A stretch of DNA of 63,773 bases, the filler included, from Licmophora abbreviata (taxonomy: Eukaryota), in NCBI GenBank assembly GCA_900291995.1. It is 16 parts of 16 records of this genome, joined end to end, with 100 filler letters (N's around TTAATTAATTAA, not from the genome) between each part and the next. Parts side by side here need not be neighbours in the genome. Positions count along the whole stretch, not along the records: positions 17,382 to 23,703 come from OLMU01005646.1; positions 23,804 to 26,007 come from OLMU01005647.1; positions 26,108 to 32,181 come from OLMU01005648.1; 13 more parts are not named here. One strand, written 5' to 3'. The position numbers and the translations under genes are program-made. Positions 20,501 to 30,798 of this stretch are shown piece by piece. Position 1 is the first letter of the stretch; each line of letters begins with the position of its first letter. The notes beneath the pieces are model-generated. The model made no database searches. It was not told the DNA's origin and saw nothing but the letters and a program-made list of their open reading frames with translations.

Positions 20501-21535
20501 ATGGCCAGACGCAAACCGTTCGATATCGCGGGCGTGACCGTGCCACCGGGCACGCGCCGCACCGTGGATGTGCCCGTAAGCGAGTTGTCAGATCACACGC
20601 CGGTGCATTTGTCGGTACGCGTGGTGCATGGGCGCAAGCCGGGGCCTGTGATGTTCGTGTCGGCGGCTGTTCACGGCGACGAGGTGATCGGCGCAGAGAT
20701 CGTGCGGCGGCTCTTGAATTCCAAGGCGCTGGCGCAGCTTTCGGGCACGCTTCTGGCGGTGCCCATCGTGAATACCTTCGGATTTCTTAACCATTCGCGA
20801 TACCTGCCGGACAGGCGGGATCTGAACCGGTGCTTTCCGGGCCATGCGACAGGGTCGATGGCGTCGCGGCTGGCGCATATCTTCATGACTGAAGTGGTCA
20901 GGCGCTCCGATATCGGAATCGACCTGCATTCAGCCGCGATCCGGCGGACCAATCTGCCGCAGTTGCGTCTGACCTCGGGCAATGACCGGCTGCGCGCGCT
21001 GGCGGATGTTTTCGCGCCACCTGTGGTGATGCCCTCGAACCTGCGCGACGGCTCGCTGAGGATGGCGGCCGAACATGAGGGCGTCGACGTGCTGCTCTAT
21101 GAAGCGGGTGAGGGGTTGAGGTTCGACGAGTTTGCCGCGCGCACCGGGGTTGCGGGGATCTTGCGGGTGATGAACCATCTGGGCATGGTCAGTGGCAAGG
21201 GTGTGCCGCGCAAGCGCGCCGAGCCGCTCTATTGCAGCGAGTCGACTTGGTATCGTGCGCCTGCGGGCGGATTGCTGCGCGGCTATCTGGCGACGGGGGA
21301 TACGGTGGAACCTGGAACAGTCATGGGCGCGATTTCGGATCCGTTCGGCGAATTCGAGGCCGAGGTCGTCGCCGATCAGCAAGGCATCATCATCGGTCGC
21401 ACGAACATGCCCGTGGTCTATGAGGGCGACGCGCTGTTCCATGTGGCCCAAACCTCGAGCCCCGAGGATGTGGCGCGCGGGATCACGGCGCATATGGCGC
21501 CGATGCCGATGTTCGACGAGGACGAGATCATCTGA
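20501..21535 (+). CDS. Succinylglutamate desuccinylase/aspartoacylase family protein
   Basis: AAVHGDEVIG, DLNRCFPG, IDLHS, LYEAGE. Confidence 0.9.
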   Translation: MARRKPFDIAGVTVPPGTRRTVDVPVSELSDHTPVHLSVRVVHGRKPGPVMFVSAAVHGDEVIGAEIVRRLLNSKALAQLSGTLLAVPIVNTFGFLNHSRYLPDRRDLNRCFPGHATGSMASRLAHIFMTEVVRRSDIGIDLHSAAIRRTNLPQLRLTSGNDRLRALADVFAPPVVMPSNLRDGSLRMAAEHEGVDVLLYEAGEGLRFDEFAARTGVAGILRVMNHLGMVSGKGVPRKRAEPLYCSESTWYRAPAGGLLRGYLATGDTVEPGTVMGAISDPFGEFEAEVVADQQGIIIGRTNMPVVYEGDALFHVAQTSSPEDVARGITAHMAPMPMFDEDEII

Positions 21536-21537
21536 CG

Positions 21538-22227
21538 TCAGGTTTCGTTGTCAGGCTTGGGTTTGTTGAACCGATGCGCATTGGCCGGATGCAGGAAGAT
21601 CGACATCGTCAGCAGGCTGAAGATGAACTCGTACGCTTCCCATTTGCGGGATACGGTTGCAAGCACGCCGATGACAAGGCTTGCCCCGACGGCGGTGATC
21701 CCGTGACGCGCCGATGGCAAAGGCAGCATGATCCGGTCAACAAGTCGCGCGACAAGAGAGACGCGGGAATAGAGCAGAGGCAGCACGACGAGATACAACA
21801 GGATGGCGACCGTCAGATAGGATCCGAAAATGGATTTCGTCAGCTGTTCGTCGCCAAAAGCCAGGTTATGCAGGGTGGTTTCGTTCTGCACGTTGTGTTC
21901 GGCGAAAAAGCCGGTGGTTTCCCAGCCGATGATACGCTGTCCCCAAGAAATTTCTTCGCCGGCGCCAAACAGGAAAGCCGCCGAATAAAGAACAAGCCAG
22001 AGCGAGGATGCTCCGCTGAAACGCGCCGTGCGGATTGCTTGGCTCATCAGGATCAAGCTGGACAGGAAGAGACAAATGGCCGTGCCGTATTCGACCGGGC
22101 CGTCCTCGGCGCCGAAACCCGCCTCGTATTGCAGGTTCATTCCCAGCACGCTGTACGCCAATGTGAAAAGCAGTGTCGCATTCATCAGCCCAAAAAGGAT
22201 TTGGTCAATTGGACTGAGCCTGATCAT
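21538..22227 (-). CDS. Conserved hypothetical polytopic membrane protein
   Basis: ~6 TMs with EDGPVEY, GEEISWGQR, HNVQNETTLHN motifs. Confidence 0.7.
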   Translation of the reverse strand: MIRLSPIDQILFGLMNATLLFTLAYSVLGMNLQYEAGFGAEDGPVEYGTAICLFLSSLILMSQAIRTARFSGASSLWLVLYSAAFLFGAGEEISWGQRIIGWETTGFFAEHNVQNETTLHNLAFGDEQLTKSIFGSYLTVAILLYLVVLPLLYSRVSLVARLVDRIMLPLPSARHGITAVGASLVIGVLATVSRKWEAYEFIFSLLTMSIFLHPANAHRFNKPKPDNET

Positions 22228-22448
22228 TTTGGGTCCGTCATATGTTTGTCACTTATGGTAGCTGCGTATATTCAAGCAGCCAGGGATGCAAGCGATCCTC
22301 GTTTGCGACGCTACGACGCGCGAAAACCGGATCAGACCAGATGTCTTGCCCCCCGCCTGCGACTTCACCAAATGGCCAAGGCGCGGTGGCTTGCAGATCC
22401 GGAAGATGCGGCTTTGGCCACGACGCTTTTTCCATGAACGCGACTTCA

Positions 22449-22484
22449 GAAAAGACAAACCCCCGAAGCGGCTGCCCGGGGGTC
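22449..22484 (-). terminator. Intrinsic terminator after rpsU
   Basis: Minus strand ACCCCCGGGC-AGCC-GCTTCGGGGGT followed by TTGTCTTTT. Confidence 0.6.
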
Positions 22485-22519
22485 GTCGTTCTTGTGTCGC
22501 GTTCGGCGTGCTGCGGTCT

Positions 22520-22726
22520 TCAGAGAAGGCCTTCGCGTTGGGCTTTTTTGCGCGCCAGTTTACGAGCGCGGCGGATTGCCTCGGCTTTTTCGCGCGCTTT
22601 CTTCTCGGACGGTTTCTCGAAATGCTGCCGAAGCTTCATTTCACGGAAAACGCCTTCGCGCTGCAGCTTTTTCTTCAGGGCACGAAGCGCCTGATCGACA
22701 TTGTTGTCGCGAACACTAACCTGCAT
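22520..22726 (-). CDS. rpsU: 30S ribosomal protein S21
   Basis: [37 protein letters not shown]. Confidence 0.98.
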   Translation of the reverse strand: MQVSVRDNNVDQALRALKKKLQREGVFREMKLRQHFEKPSEKKAREKAEAIRRARKLARKKAQREGLL

Positions 22727-22836
22727 GTGGTGTCACCACCTTTCCAAGTTGAAGTTGCGTAAGTTTGCAGGAAGTGGCCGTATAGCAAAGCGTCTTTCTT
22801 TTGTCTAGGGTGGCGCTGATCGAATGGAGGCAAGTT

Positions 22837-23532
22837 ATGACCGACCCGGATATCAAGGCGAAGCTGCTGGATGCAGCCAAGTTGCACGTGCCCTTCGACG
22901 GCTGGAGCGAAGATGCCTTTCAGGCGGCGATTCGCGACACGGGGATCGAACCGGGCTTGGCGCGGGCGGTCTGTCCACGCGGTGCGGTGGATCTGGCGCT
23001 GGCCTATCATGCCGAAGGCGATGCCTTGATGCTGGAGCGCCTGACGACCGAAGATTTGAGCCAGCTGCGCTTCCGAGACCGTGTCGCGGCGGCGGTGCGC
23101 TATCGGCTGGAGGCGGTCGATGACAACGAACTCGTGCGGCGGGGCATGACGCTCTTTTCATTGCCCATGTATGCGGCAGATGGGGCGAAGGCGGTCTGGG
23201 GCACATGCGATCTGATCTGGACTGCGCTTGGCGACACATCGGATGATGTGAACTGGTATACCAAACGCGCCACCCTGTCGGGCGTCTACAGCACGACGCT
23301 GTTGTATTGGCTGGGCGATGACAGCCCGCGCCATGAGGCGACTTGGGCGTTTCTGGATCGCCGGATCGACAATGTGATGTCCTTCGAAAAACTCAAGGCG
23401 CAGATGCGCGACAACAAGGTCCTGAGCGGGCTGATGGCGGGTCCGCTGAGGGTGTTCGGCAAGGTGCGCGCGCCGCAGGCACAGCGTCGCCAGCAGGCCG
23501 GGATGCCGGGCCGCTGGAACAGACAGGCGTAA
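22837..23532 (+). CDS. COQ9 family (rpsU-divergent) protein
   Basis: HVPFDGWS, GDTSDDVNWYTKRATL, TWAFLDRRIDNVM; RBS GGAGG. Confidence 0.9.
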   Translation: MTDPDIKAKLLDAAKLHVPFDGWSEDAFQAAIRDTGIEPGLARAVCPRGAVDLALAYHAEGDALMLERLTTEDLSQLRFRDRVAAAVRYRLEAVDDNELVRRGMTLFSLPMYAADGAKAVWGTCDLIWTALGDTSDDVNWYTKRATLSGVYSTTLLYWLGDDSPRHEATWAFLDRRIDNVMSFEKLKAQMRDNKVLSGLMAGPLRVFGKVRAPQAQRRQQAGMPGRWNRQA

Positions 23533-23562
23533 GCAGGCCGCGACCAAGCCAGGGAGACACTC

Positions 23563-24612
23563 ATGACCGATATGATGAACGCTGTGGAAATCACCGAGCC
23601 CGGCGGCCCGGATGTTCTGAGGCTGACAAGCCGTCCCGTCCCGGTGCCGGCTGCGGGCATGTGCTGATCAAGGTGGCCTATGCCGGGGTCAATCGCCCCG
23701 ATGNNNNNNNNNNNNNNNNNNNNNNNNNNNNNNNNNNNNNNNNNNNNTTAATTAATTAANNNNNNNNNNNNNNNNNNNNNNNNNNNNNNNNNNNNNNNNN
23801 NNNCCAACCGCCAGTGACCTGCCGGGGCTGGAAGCCGCCGGCGAGATCGTCGCCATCGGAGACGGTGTGAGCGACTGGACCGTGGGTGACAAGGTCTGCG
23901 CCTTGCTGCCGGGGGCGGCTATGCCGAGTATGTCGCGACGCCTGCTGCACATTGCCTGCCGATCCCCGAGGGCATGGGCCTTCGCAAAGGGGCCTGCCTG
24001 CCCGAGACGTTCTTCACCGTCTGGTCAAACGTGTTTGGCCGTGGCGCGCTGAAAGCAGGTGAGCGGTTCCTTGTGCATGGCGGCTCGTCCGGGATCGGCA
24101 CGACGGCGATCCAACTGGCAAATGCATTTGGCGCGCGGGTTTTCACCACGGCGGGATCGGATGAAAAATGCGCCAAATGCGTTGATCTGGGTGCAGAGCG
24201 GGCGATCAATTACCGCGCCGAGGATTTCGTTGATGTGATGCGCGCCGAAGGTGGCGCCGATCTGATCCTCGATATGGTGGGGGGCGATTACCTGCCGCGC
24301 AATGTCAAATGTCTCGCGGATGACGGACGGCTGGTGCAGATCGCGTTTCTGCAGGGTCCGAAAGTGGAATTGAATTTTGCCCAGGTCATGATGCGCCGGC
24401 TGACGATCTCCGGCTCGACCTTGCGCCCGCAAAGCAATCAGGCCAAGGCGATGATCGCCGAGACGCTGCGCGTGCATGTCTGGCCGCTGCTGGCCTCGGG
24501 GCAGGTCGCGCCGGTGATGGATTCCGAATACGAGCTTGCCAATGCCGCGCTGGCCCATGCCCATATGGAAAAGAGCACCCATATCGGCAAGATCGTGTTG
24601 AAAGTGGGGTAA
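23563..24612 (+). CDS. NAD(P)H-quinone oxidoreductase (PIG3 type), gap plus two G-run frameshifts
   Basis: EPGGPDVL, AGVNRPD, LPGLEAAG, LPETFFTVWSN, HGGSSGIG, HIGKIVL. Confidence 0.88.
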
Positions 24613-24616
24613 GCCG

Positions 24617-25738
24617 GTGGGGCTGGTGCAGGTTGCCATTCTGGCCATGGCCGTTCTCAGCATTGGCCTCAGCGGCTATGCACTGTGGCGTGACGAGACG
24701 CTGAACTGGACCTTCGCCGTTCCCGAAAGCCCGCCGCCGACCGGCGCCCCCGTGTTCGACACGGTGTTCGATCATACACCCGGCGAGGGCATGGCCCATT
24801 CGCCCTCGATCACGATCAATGGCGATGAGGTGGGCATCTTGTGGTTTCAGGGCTCGTCCGAGGCGCAGCCCGATGTCGAAATCCATCGCGCCGTGCTGCG
24901 GCGTGACGAGACCGGCTGGCAGGCTGGCCCCCCTGTGCCCTATCTGACCAGTGCCGCGCTTGGCGATGCGTTCGATCCGCGGCAACTGGTGGTGACGCTT
25001 GGCAACACGGTGCAGAACGAAGCCGCAAAAGACGCGCTTTATGCGACGGTCGTGTCTGTGGGCGGATGGGCGATGGCCTCGGTCGCGGATGTGCGCATGG
25101 ACAAGGGCAATCCGGTCTGGGCGCGAAAGCTGAACCTGTCGCCCTTTCTCAATCGGTCGATGCTGGTGAAATCGCCGATGGTCGCCTATTCGGACGGGTC
25201 GATGGCGCTGCCTGCCTATTTCGAGATGGGGGCAACCTATGGCGTGCTTGTCCGGACCGACGCGCAGGGCCGGGCCCGCGATCTGCGACGGATGACAGGC
25301 AAGCGGATCAAGCCCATACAGCCGATGATCGTGGTGCTGGATGGCGCGCGCGCGCTGGCCTTCCTGCGCGACTTCGACAATAGCGGGCAGGTCTATGTCA
25401 GCCGCACGGAAGATGGCGGCCGCACATGGAGCGAGGCCGAGGCGACGGGCATTGCCCATCCAAGCTCGCCGGTGGCGGCGCTGCCGGTGGCGGGGGGGCG
25501 TATCCTGATGGCGATGAATGGTGGCGCCGACAGTGCCGATCTCTTGCATTTGGCGCTGTCCGAGGATGAGGGCGCCAGCTGGCGGGTGATCCACAGCCTC
25601 GACCGTCAACCGGGCGATGCGCGCTATCCGATGCTGCGGCGGTTGCCCGATGGACAGATCCTGCTGGCCTATTCGCATGGCACCAAGAAAGGTCTGCGCG
25701 CGCATGTCTTCAACGAAGCATGGGTGGCGGCGCAATGA
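24617..25738 (+). CDS. BNR-repeat sialidase-like protein with N-terminal membrane anchor
   Basis: Asp-boxes SRTEDGGRTWS and SEDEGASW; AHSPSI, WFQGSSEA, RYP. Confidence 0.7.
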   Translation: MGLVQVAILAMAVLSIGLSGYALWRDETLNWTFAVPESPPPTGAPVFDTVFDHTPGEGMAHSPSITINGDEVGILWFQGSSEAQPDVEIHRAVLRRDETGWQAGPPVPYLTSAALGDAFDPRQLVVTLGNTVQNEAAKDALYATVVSVGGWAMASVADVRMDKGNPVWARKLNLSPFLNRSMLVKSPMVAYSDGSMALPAYFEMGATYGVLVRTDAQGRARDLRRMTGKRIKPIQPMIVVLDGARALAFLRDFDNSGQVYVSRTEDGGRTWSEAEATGIAHPSSPVAALPVAGGRILMAMNGGADSADLLHLALSEDEGASWRVIHSLDRQPGDARYPMLRRLPDGQILLAYSHGTKKGLRAHVFNEAWVAAQ

Positions 25739-26007
25739 CGGGGGTTCTGGCGAGTGTCTGGCTGGCAGTGATCCTTGCGTGGCTGGTTTTTGTTTTGGCC
25801 GGCTGGGTTGTGGGCGCGCCTGCTTCGGTGTGGATCGGTGGAGTCGTTGGGGCCGCGGCGGTTCTGGCGTTCCGCGATACACTGCCGTTACGCGGAATGG
25901 TGGCGCTGCTGGCGCCGTTCGGGGTGATGCTGCCGGCGCTGGCGCTGAGGCATATGGGGGCCAAGCTGGGCTTGCCGGTGGCGCCATTCTCGGCGCTGGA
26001 ACTGGGG
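25735..26007 (+). CDS. Hypothetical membrane protein (5' part, truncated by gap)
   Basis: ATGA overlap with upstream stop; very hydrophobic. Confidence 0.55.
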
Positions 26008-26107
26008 NNNNNNNNNNNNNNNNNNNNNNNNNNNNNNNNNNNNNNNNNNNNTTAATTAATTAANNNNNNNNNNNNNNNNNNNNNNNNNNNNNNNNNNNNN
26101 NNNNNNN

Positions 26108-26587
26108 CTCGGGGTTGGCCTTGAGAAAGGCTTCCTCGATCACGCGGGCCGGCACTTTGACGGGATCTTTCAGTTTGCGGAACACCTCGGGGCGGTGCAC
26201 CGCCTCGTAGGCCTCGCGCGACAGGGCGAAATAGGCGGGGGCCGAGAGGCCCGAGCAGGTGCCATGCTTTTTCCACTGATACCAGGCAAGGCCCGGTGTG
26301 CCCATGATATCGGCCATCTGAGCCGTCATGGCGCGCGAGGGCGGCCTTTCGGAGGTCTGGCAATGGTCAGGCCAGCCACGGTGATATTGCGGCCATAGCC
26401 CATGCAGAACCCATCCGTGATCGCGGCTGGCATCGCATTGCGGCGAGCCGCGCGCGTCGCCTTCGAGGGCGCACCAGGTCGGTGACCAGCTGAGCGCCAG
26501 AACGTAATAGTCGAACTCTCCCGGGCGGTCGGCTTCGGCGCGGGCGGTGGTGCCGAGGATCAACAGGAGCAACAGGAACACACGCAT
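26108..26587 (-). CDS. Ribonuclease T2 family, exported (3' end in gap)
   Basis: Signal peptide MRVFLLLLLILG, FDYYVLALSWSP, WVLHGLWP, YQWKKHGTC. Confidence 0.92.
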
Positions 26588-26719
26588 GTTTAGGACTTTC
26601 AATTTGTCACGTGGGACACTATATAGCCGCCAAGTTCCCCGACAACGGAAACCCGCACCTGGCCAGGTGCCGCCGAGTCCGGCGACGGGGAAGATATGCG
26701 TGAAGGAGGCCCGAAACAC

Positions 26720-27481
26720 ATGGCTAAACCGCTTATGGCAAAGGCCACCGCCGTCTGGCTGGTGGACAATACGACGCTCAGCTTCAAGCAGATCGCCGAT
26801 TTCTGCGGGCTGCACGAGCTTGAGATTCAGGGAATCGCCGATGGCGATGTGGCCTCGGGCGTGAAGGGGTTCGACCCTGTGGCCAACAATCAGTTGACCC
26901 AGGCCGAGATCGAAAAGGCCGAAAAGGACCCGCTTCACAAGCTGCAGCTCAAGTTCAACCCGGCCGCCATTGGCGAGGAAAAGCGCCGTGGCCCGCGCTA
27001 TACCCCGCTGAGCAAGCGGCAGGACCGTCCGAACGCGATCCTCTGGCTGGTCAAGTTCCACCCCGAGCTGGTCGACAGCCAGATCGCCAAGCTGGTTGGC
27101 ACCACCAAGCCGACCATCCAGACGATCCGCGAGCGCACCCATTGGAATATCGCGAACATGCAGCCTATCGACCCGGTTGCCCTTGGTCTGTGCAAACAGT
27201 CCGAGCTGGACGCGGCGGTGCAGAAGGCGGCCTCGAAACGCGCCAAGGAAGGCGAGGCGCTGAGCGATGACGAGCGCCGCAAGCTGCTGAGCACCGAGCA
27301 GAGCCTCGAGGCCAGTGCCGAGCCGCGCATGCCCACGGCAATCGAAGGGCTGGAAACCTTCAGCCTGAGTGGCGATCCGCGCGACGAGGATGATGAAAGA
27401 GAACGGAAATACGATGCTGACAGCTTCTTCAACCTGCCTGACAGCGACGATGACGAGGATGAGGACGACGCTCGCCGGTAA
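26720..27481 (+). CDS. trcR: DUF1013 cell-cycle regulator TrcR homolog
   Basis: MAKPLMAKATAVWLVDNT, GPRYTPLSKRQDRP, RERTHWN; RBS AAGGAGG. Confidence 0.85.
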   Translation: MAKPLMAKATAVWLVDNTTLSFKQIADFCGLHELEIQGIADGDVASGVKGFDPVANNQLTQAEIEKAEKDPLHKLQLKFNPAAIGEEKRRGPRYTPLSKRQDRPNAILWLVKFHPELVDSQIAKLVGTTKPTIQTIRERTHWNIANMQPIDPVALGLCKQSELDAAVQKAASKRAKEGEALSDDERRKLLSTEQSLEASAEPRMPTAIEGLETFSLSGDPRDEDDERERKYDADSFFNLPDSDDDEDEDDARR

Positions 27482-27501
27482 GCACCGCGTCGTTTTCCCT
27501 G

Positions 27502-27537
27502 AAAAGACCCGGCCGCTTGATGCGGTCGGTTTTTTTT
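27502..27537 (+). terminator. Intrinsic terminator between convergent trcR and recR
   Basis: CCGGCCGC-TTGAT-GCGGTCGG stem followed by T8; A-run upstream suggests bidirectional use. Confidence 0.8.
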
Positions 27538-27564
27538 GTTGTTGGCGGTTCAGGAGTGCGCGCG

Positions 27565-28158
27565 TCACACCTTCTTGCGTGCGGCCAGCGCGGCACTGAT
27601 CGTGCCATCGTCCAGATAATCCAGCTCGCCGCCGATCGGCACGCCTTGGGCCAGCGATGTCAGGGTCACCCTGCCATCCAGCTGATCGGCGATGTAATGC
27701 GCGGTTGTCTGGCCCTCGACCGTGGCGTTGAGGGCAAGGATGACCTCGTTGATGGACTCGGCGGTCACCCGGTCGATCAGCTGCGGGATGCGCAATTGTT
27801 CGGGACCAACCTGATCCAGGGCGCTGAGCGTGCCGCCGAGCACATGATAGCGGCCCTTGAAGGCATGACCGCGCTCCATCGCCCATAGATCGGCCACATC
27901 CTCGACCACGCAAATCTGTCCGTTGGCTCGTTTTGCGGCAGCGCAGATATCGCAGATCTCGGTGGTGCCGATATTGCCGCAGTTGAGGCATTCACGGGCG
28001 GTGGCGGCGACGCGCTGCATCAGGTCGGCCAGCGGGATCAGTTGCAGATCGCGCTTGGCAATGAGATGCAGCACCGCACGCCGGGCCGAGCGCGGCCCGA
28101 GCCCGGGCAGCTTGGCCATCATCTCGATCAGGGAGTCGATGTCGCGGTTCGATGACAT
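27565..28158 (-). CDS. recR: Recombination mediator RecR
   Basis: [13 protein letters not shown]4 zinc finger, [24 protein letters not shown]. Confidence 0.97.
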   Translation of the reverse strand: MSSNRDIDSLIEMMAKLPGLGPRSARRAVLHLIAKRDLQLIPLADLMQRVAATARECLNCGNIGTTEICDICAAAKRANGQICVVEDVADLWAMERGHAFKGRYHVLGGTLSALDQVGPEQLRIPQLIDRVTAESINEVILALNATVEGQTTAHYIADQLDGRVTLTSLAQGVPIGGELDYLDDGTISAALAARKKV

Positions 28159-28193
28159 TGTTCAGGCCGATGCAAGGGCGGTAGGGGAGGAAA

Positions 28194-28242
28194 CGAGGGG
28201 CCAGCCCCTCGCGCTCCCCGGGATATTTGAGGCCAGAAGAAA
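28194..28242 (-). repeat. REP-like unit TTTCTTCTGGCCTCAAATATCCCGGGG plus GC hairpin
   Basis: Near-identical units at 56461, 56516 and 63739; looser ones at 61192/61267. Confidence 0.8.
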
Positions 28243-28244
28243 CG

Positions 28245-28360
28245 TAAAGCGTTTCGCGAAAAACCTGAAACACAGATTTTCGCGACATGCAGTTCTCCGT
28301 TCAATCGTTGCACGCGTTCCGCCTTTAGCGGATGCCTCAGGTCAACGGCGGAACGCTTTA
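28245..28360. mobile_element. 116-bp TIR-bounded two-hairpin intergenic element (CIR/MITE-like)
   Basis: Ends TAAAGCGTTTC / GGAACGCTTTA (10/11 inverted); internal stems 28254-28285 and 28314-28356; degenerate second copy at 56371-56455. Confidence 0.7.
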
Positions 28361-28702
28361 GAAGGGCAGCTTCATGTCCTTGGGAAGGCCCAGGCCTTCG
28401 GTGAGCTTGCCCATTTCTTCCTGGGCGCGGTCGCTGGCCTTTTGCTGCGCGTCCTTGATCGCGGCGAGGATCAGATCCTCGACCACTTCCTTGTCGTCCG
28501 AATTGAAGATGGACGGGTCGATATCGAGGGCCTTGAGTTCGCCCTTGGCGCTGCATGTCGCCTTGACGAGGCCGGCGCCGGACACGCCTTCGACCATCAT
28601 GTTGTGCATGTCTTCCTGCAGATCGGCCATCTTCTGCTGCATTTCCTGGGCGGCCTTCATCATCTTGGCCATGTCGCCCATTTGGCCCAATCCCTTGAAC
28701 AT
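28358..28702 (-). CDS. ybaB: YbaB/EbfC nucleoid-associated protein
   Basis: MMKAAQEMQ, GVSGAGLVK, EVVEDLILAA; located between dnaX and recR. Confidence 0.95.
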   Translation of the reverse strand: MFKGLGQMGDMAKMMKAAQEMQQKMADLQEDMHNMMVEGVSGAGLVKATCSAKGELKALDIDPSIFNSDDKEVVEDLILAAIKDAQQKASDRAQEEMGKLTEGLGLPKDMKLPF

Positions 28703-28810
28703 TGTCTTCTCCTTGGTGGCAGGGCCGGGGCGGCCCGGCACATCTGGATCTTTGGTGTCTTTACATCATATCGGTCGGCGGACGGCGAGTGGCAAGCCGG
28801 TCCGCGTAAT

Positions 28811-30601
28811 TCAGTCTTCCTCGAAGGGGTCCCATTCATCCTCGACTTCGGGTAGTGCCTCGGCGCCGGCTTCGGCGGCGATGTCGGCTTCGGTGCGGAT
28901 CGAGGTGATCTGCGCCTTGGGAAAGGCCGAAAGCACCGCCTGCACCAGGGGATGGTGGCTCACCTCGTGGCGCAGGGCGGTCTCAGCGGCGTCGCGCTTT
29001 TCTGCGATCGTCTCGGCGCCACCCTCGTTGACAAGGCTGATGCCCCAGCGGTTGCCGGTCCAGCGTTGCAGCGCGGCGCCGAGACGTTGGGACAGGTCCT
29101 GAGGCGCGTTGCCGGTGGGCTGAAAGGTGATGCGGCCGGGCCGGTAGGAGACGAGCCGCATATTGGTTTCCACCTCGACCAGCAGCTTGACGTCGCGATG
29201 GGCGCGGATGAGTTCGACCACATGCTCGAAGGTCGGGTAAGGGGCAAGTGCGGTCTCGGCGGCGAGTGCGAGGGCCTGTTGGCCGCTGGCGGCACGCGCC
29301 CCGGAAGCGGAGGGGCCGGGATGGGGTGCCGCTTGCATCGTGGTGCCTTGGGCTGCGCGGGCGCCGGATGTGCCGCCGTGGGGCGCGGGGCTAGTGGTGC
29401 CGGCACCGGAGCCGGGCGGCGGGGATGTGGGGTGCGGTGCGTCGCGCAGTTTGCGCACCAGCTCTTCGGGCGTGGGAAGATCGGCCACATGGGTCAGTCG
29501 GATCACGGCCATTTCGGCGGCCATCATGGCGTTTGGCGCTTCGGCCACCTCGTCGAGCGCCTTGAGCAGCATTTGCCACATTCGGGTCAGGACGCGCATC
29601 GGCAGCGCCTCGGCCATCTGCTGGCCGCGGGCGCGTTCGTCGGGGCCGATTGTGGGGTCGTCGGCGGCTTCGGGGGTGATCTTGACCACGGAAATCCAGT
29701 GGGTGATCTCGGCCAGATCCCGGAGCACCGCCATCGGATCGGCGCCTTCGGCATATTGGCCGCCCAGTTCGGTCAGGGCGCCCGCGGCATCGCCCTTCAT
29801 GATCAGGTCGAAGAGGTCGAGCACACGCCCGCGATCGGCAAGGCCCAGCATGGAGCGGACTTCGGCGGCGCTTGTTTCGCCGGCGCCATGACTGATCGCC
29901 TGATCCAGCAGCGATGTGGCGTCCCGGGCCGAGCCTTCGGCGGCGCGGGTGATGAGGGCCAGGGCGTCATCGGTGATCTGCGCGCCTTCGGCGTCGGCGA
30001 TCCGGCGCAAGAGCGCGATCATCACCTCGGGTTCGATCCGGCGCAGATCGAAGCGCTGGCAGCGGCTGAGAACGGTCACCGGCACCTTGCGGATTTCGGT
30101 GGTGGCGAAGATGAATTTCACATGCGCGGGGGGTTCTTCCAATGTCTTGAGCAGTGCGTTGAACGCGCTGGTCGAGAGCATGTGCACTTCGTCGATGATG
30201 TAGATCTTGTAGCGCGCTGAAGCGGCACGATAGTGAACGGAATCAATGATTTCGCGGACATCGCCGACGCCGGTGCGGGAGGCGGCGTCCATTTCCAGCA
30301 CGTCGACATGGCGGCCTTCCATGATGGCGGTGCAATGTTCGCACTGGCCGCATGGCTCGGTGGTGGGGCCGCCCTGACCGTCGGGGCCGATGCAGTTCAT
30401 GCCCTTGGCGATGATCCGGGCGGTGGTGGTCTTCCCGGTGCCGCGGATGCCCGTCATGATGAAGGCCTGCGCGATCCGGTCGGCCTTGAACGCGTTTTTC
30501 AGCGTCCGCACCATGGCGTCCTGACCCACCAGATCGGCAAAGGTTTCGGGCCGGTATTTCCGGGCGAGCACCTGATAGGGTCTGGAGGGTGTGTCGGTCA
30601 T
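28811..30601 (-). CDS. dnaX: DNA polymerase III subunit gamma/tau
   Basis: YQVLARKYRP, GIRGTGKTT, MDAASRTG, IIDEVHMLS, SRCQRF. Confidence 0.98.
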   Translation of the reverse strand: MTDTPSRPYQVLARKYRPETFADLVGQDAMVRTLKNAFKADRIAQAFIMTGIRGTGKTTTARIIAKGMNCIGPDGQGGPTTEPCGQCEHCTAIMEGRHVDVLEMDAASRTGVGDVREIIDSVHYRAASARYKIYIIDEVHMLSTSAFNALLKTLEEPPAHVKFIFATTEIRKVPVTVLSRCQRFDLRRIEPEVMIALLRRIADAEGAQITDDALALITRAAEGSARDATSLLDQAISHGAGETSAAEVRSMLGLADRGRVLDLFDLIMKGDAAGALTELGGQYAEGADPMAVLRDLAEITHWISVVKITPEAADDPTIGPDERARGQQMAEALPMRVLTRMWQMLLKALDEVAEAPNAMMAAEMAVIRLTHVADLPTPEELVRKLRDAPHPTSPPPGSGAGTTSPAPHGGTSGARAAQGTTMQAAPHPGPSASGARAASGQQALALAAETALAPYPTFEHVVELIRAHRDVKLLVEVETNMRLVSYRPGRITFQPTGNAPQDLSQRLGAALQRWTGNRWGISLVNEGGAETIAEKRDAAETALRHEVSHHPLVQAVLSAFPKAQITSIRTEADIAAEAGAEALPEVEDEWDPFEED

Positions 30602-30798
30602 GCGGGGCCTGTCGGATTCGGAGATCGCTGCCAGCCTAAAGCGGGGGGCGGGGGGCGTCCACCGTCTAAAGCGGGCGGTGCCGTGTGGCTTGCTTTTGGA
30701 TGGGCTTGAGGCAAGGATATGCTTGTGGCAGGGCGGGACAGAGAGCTTTCGGATCGCCGGGTGACGAGGCCCGGAATATAACTTAGAGCATTGTAATC

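Noticed and set aside
26060..27991. 643-aa ORF suggesting a large RNase T2 fusion
   Set aside because: Only 26108-26587 is RNase T2 with its own signal peptide; the rest overlaps trcR antisense and recR off-frame
28811..30601. Programmed -1 frameshift in dnaX
   Set aside because: No A-AAA-AAG slippery site seen; the Pro/Ala/Gly-rich stretch is the usual linker
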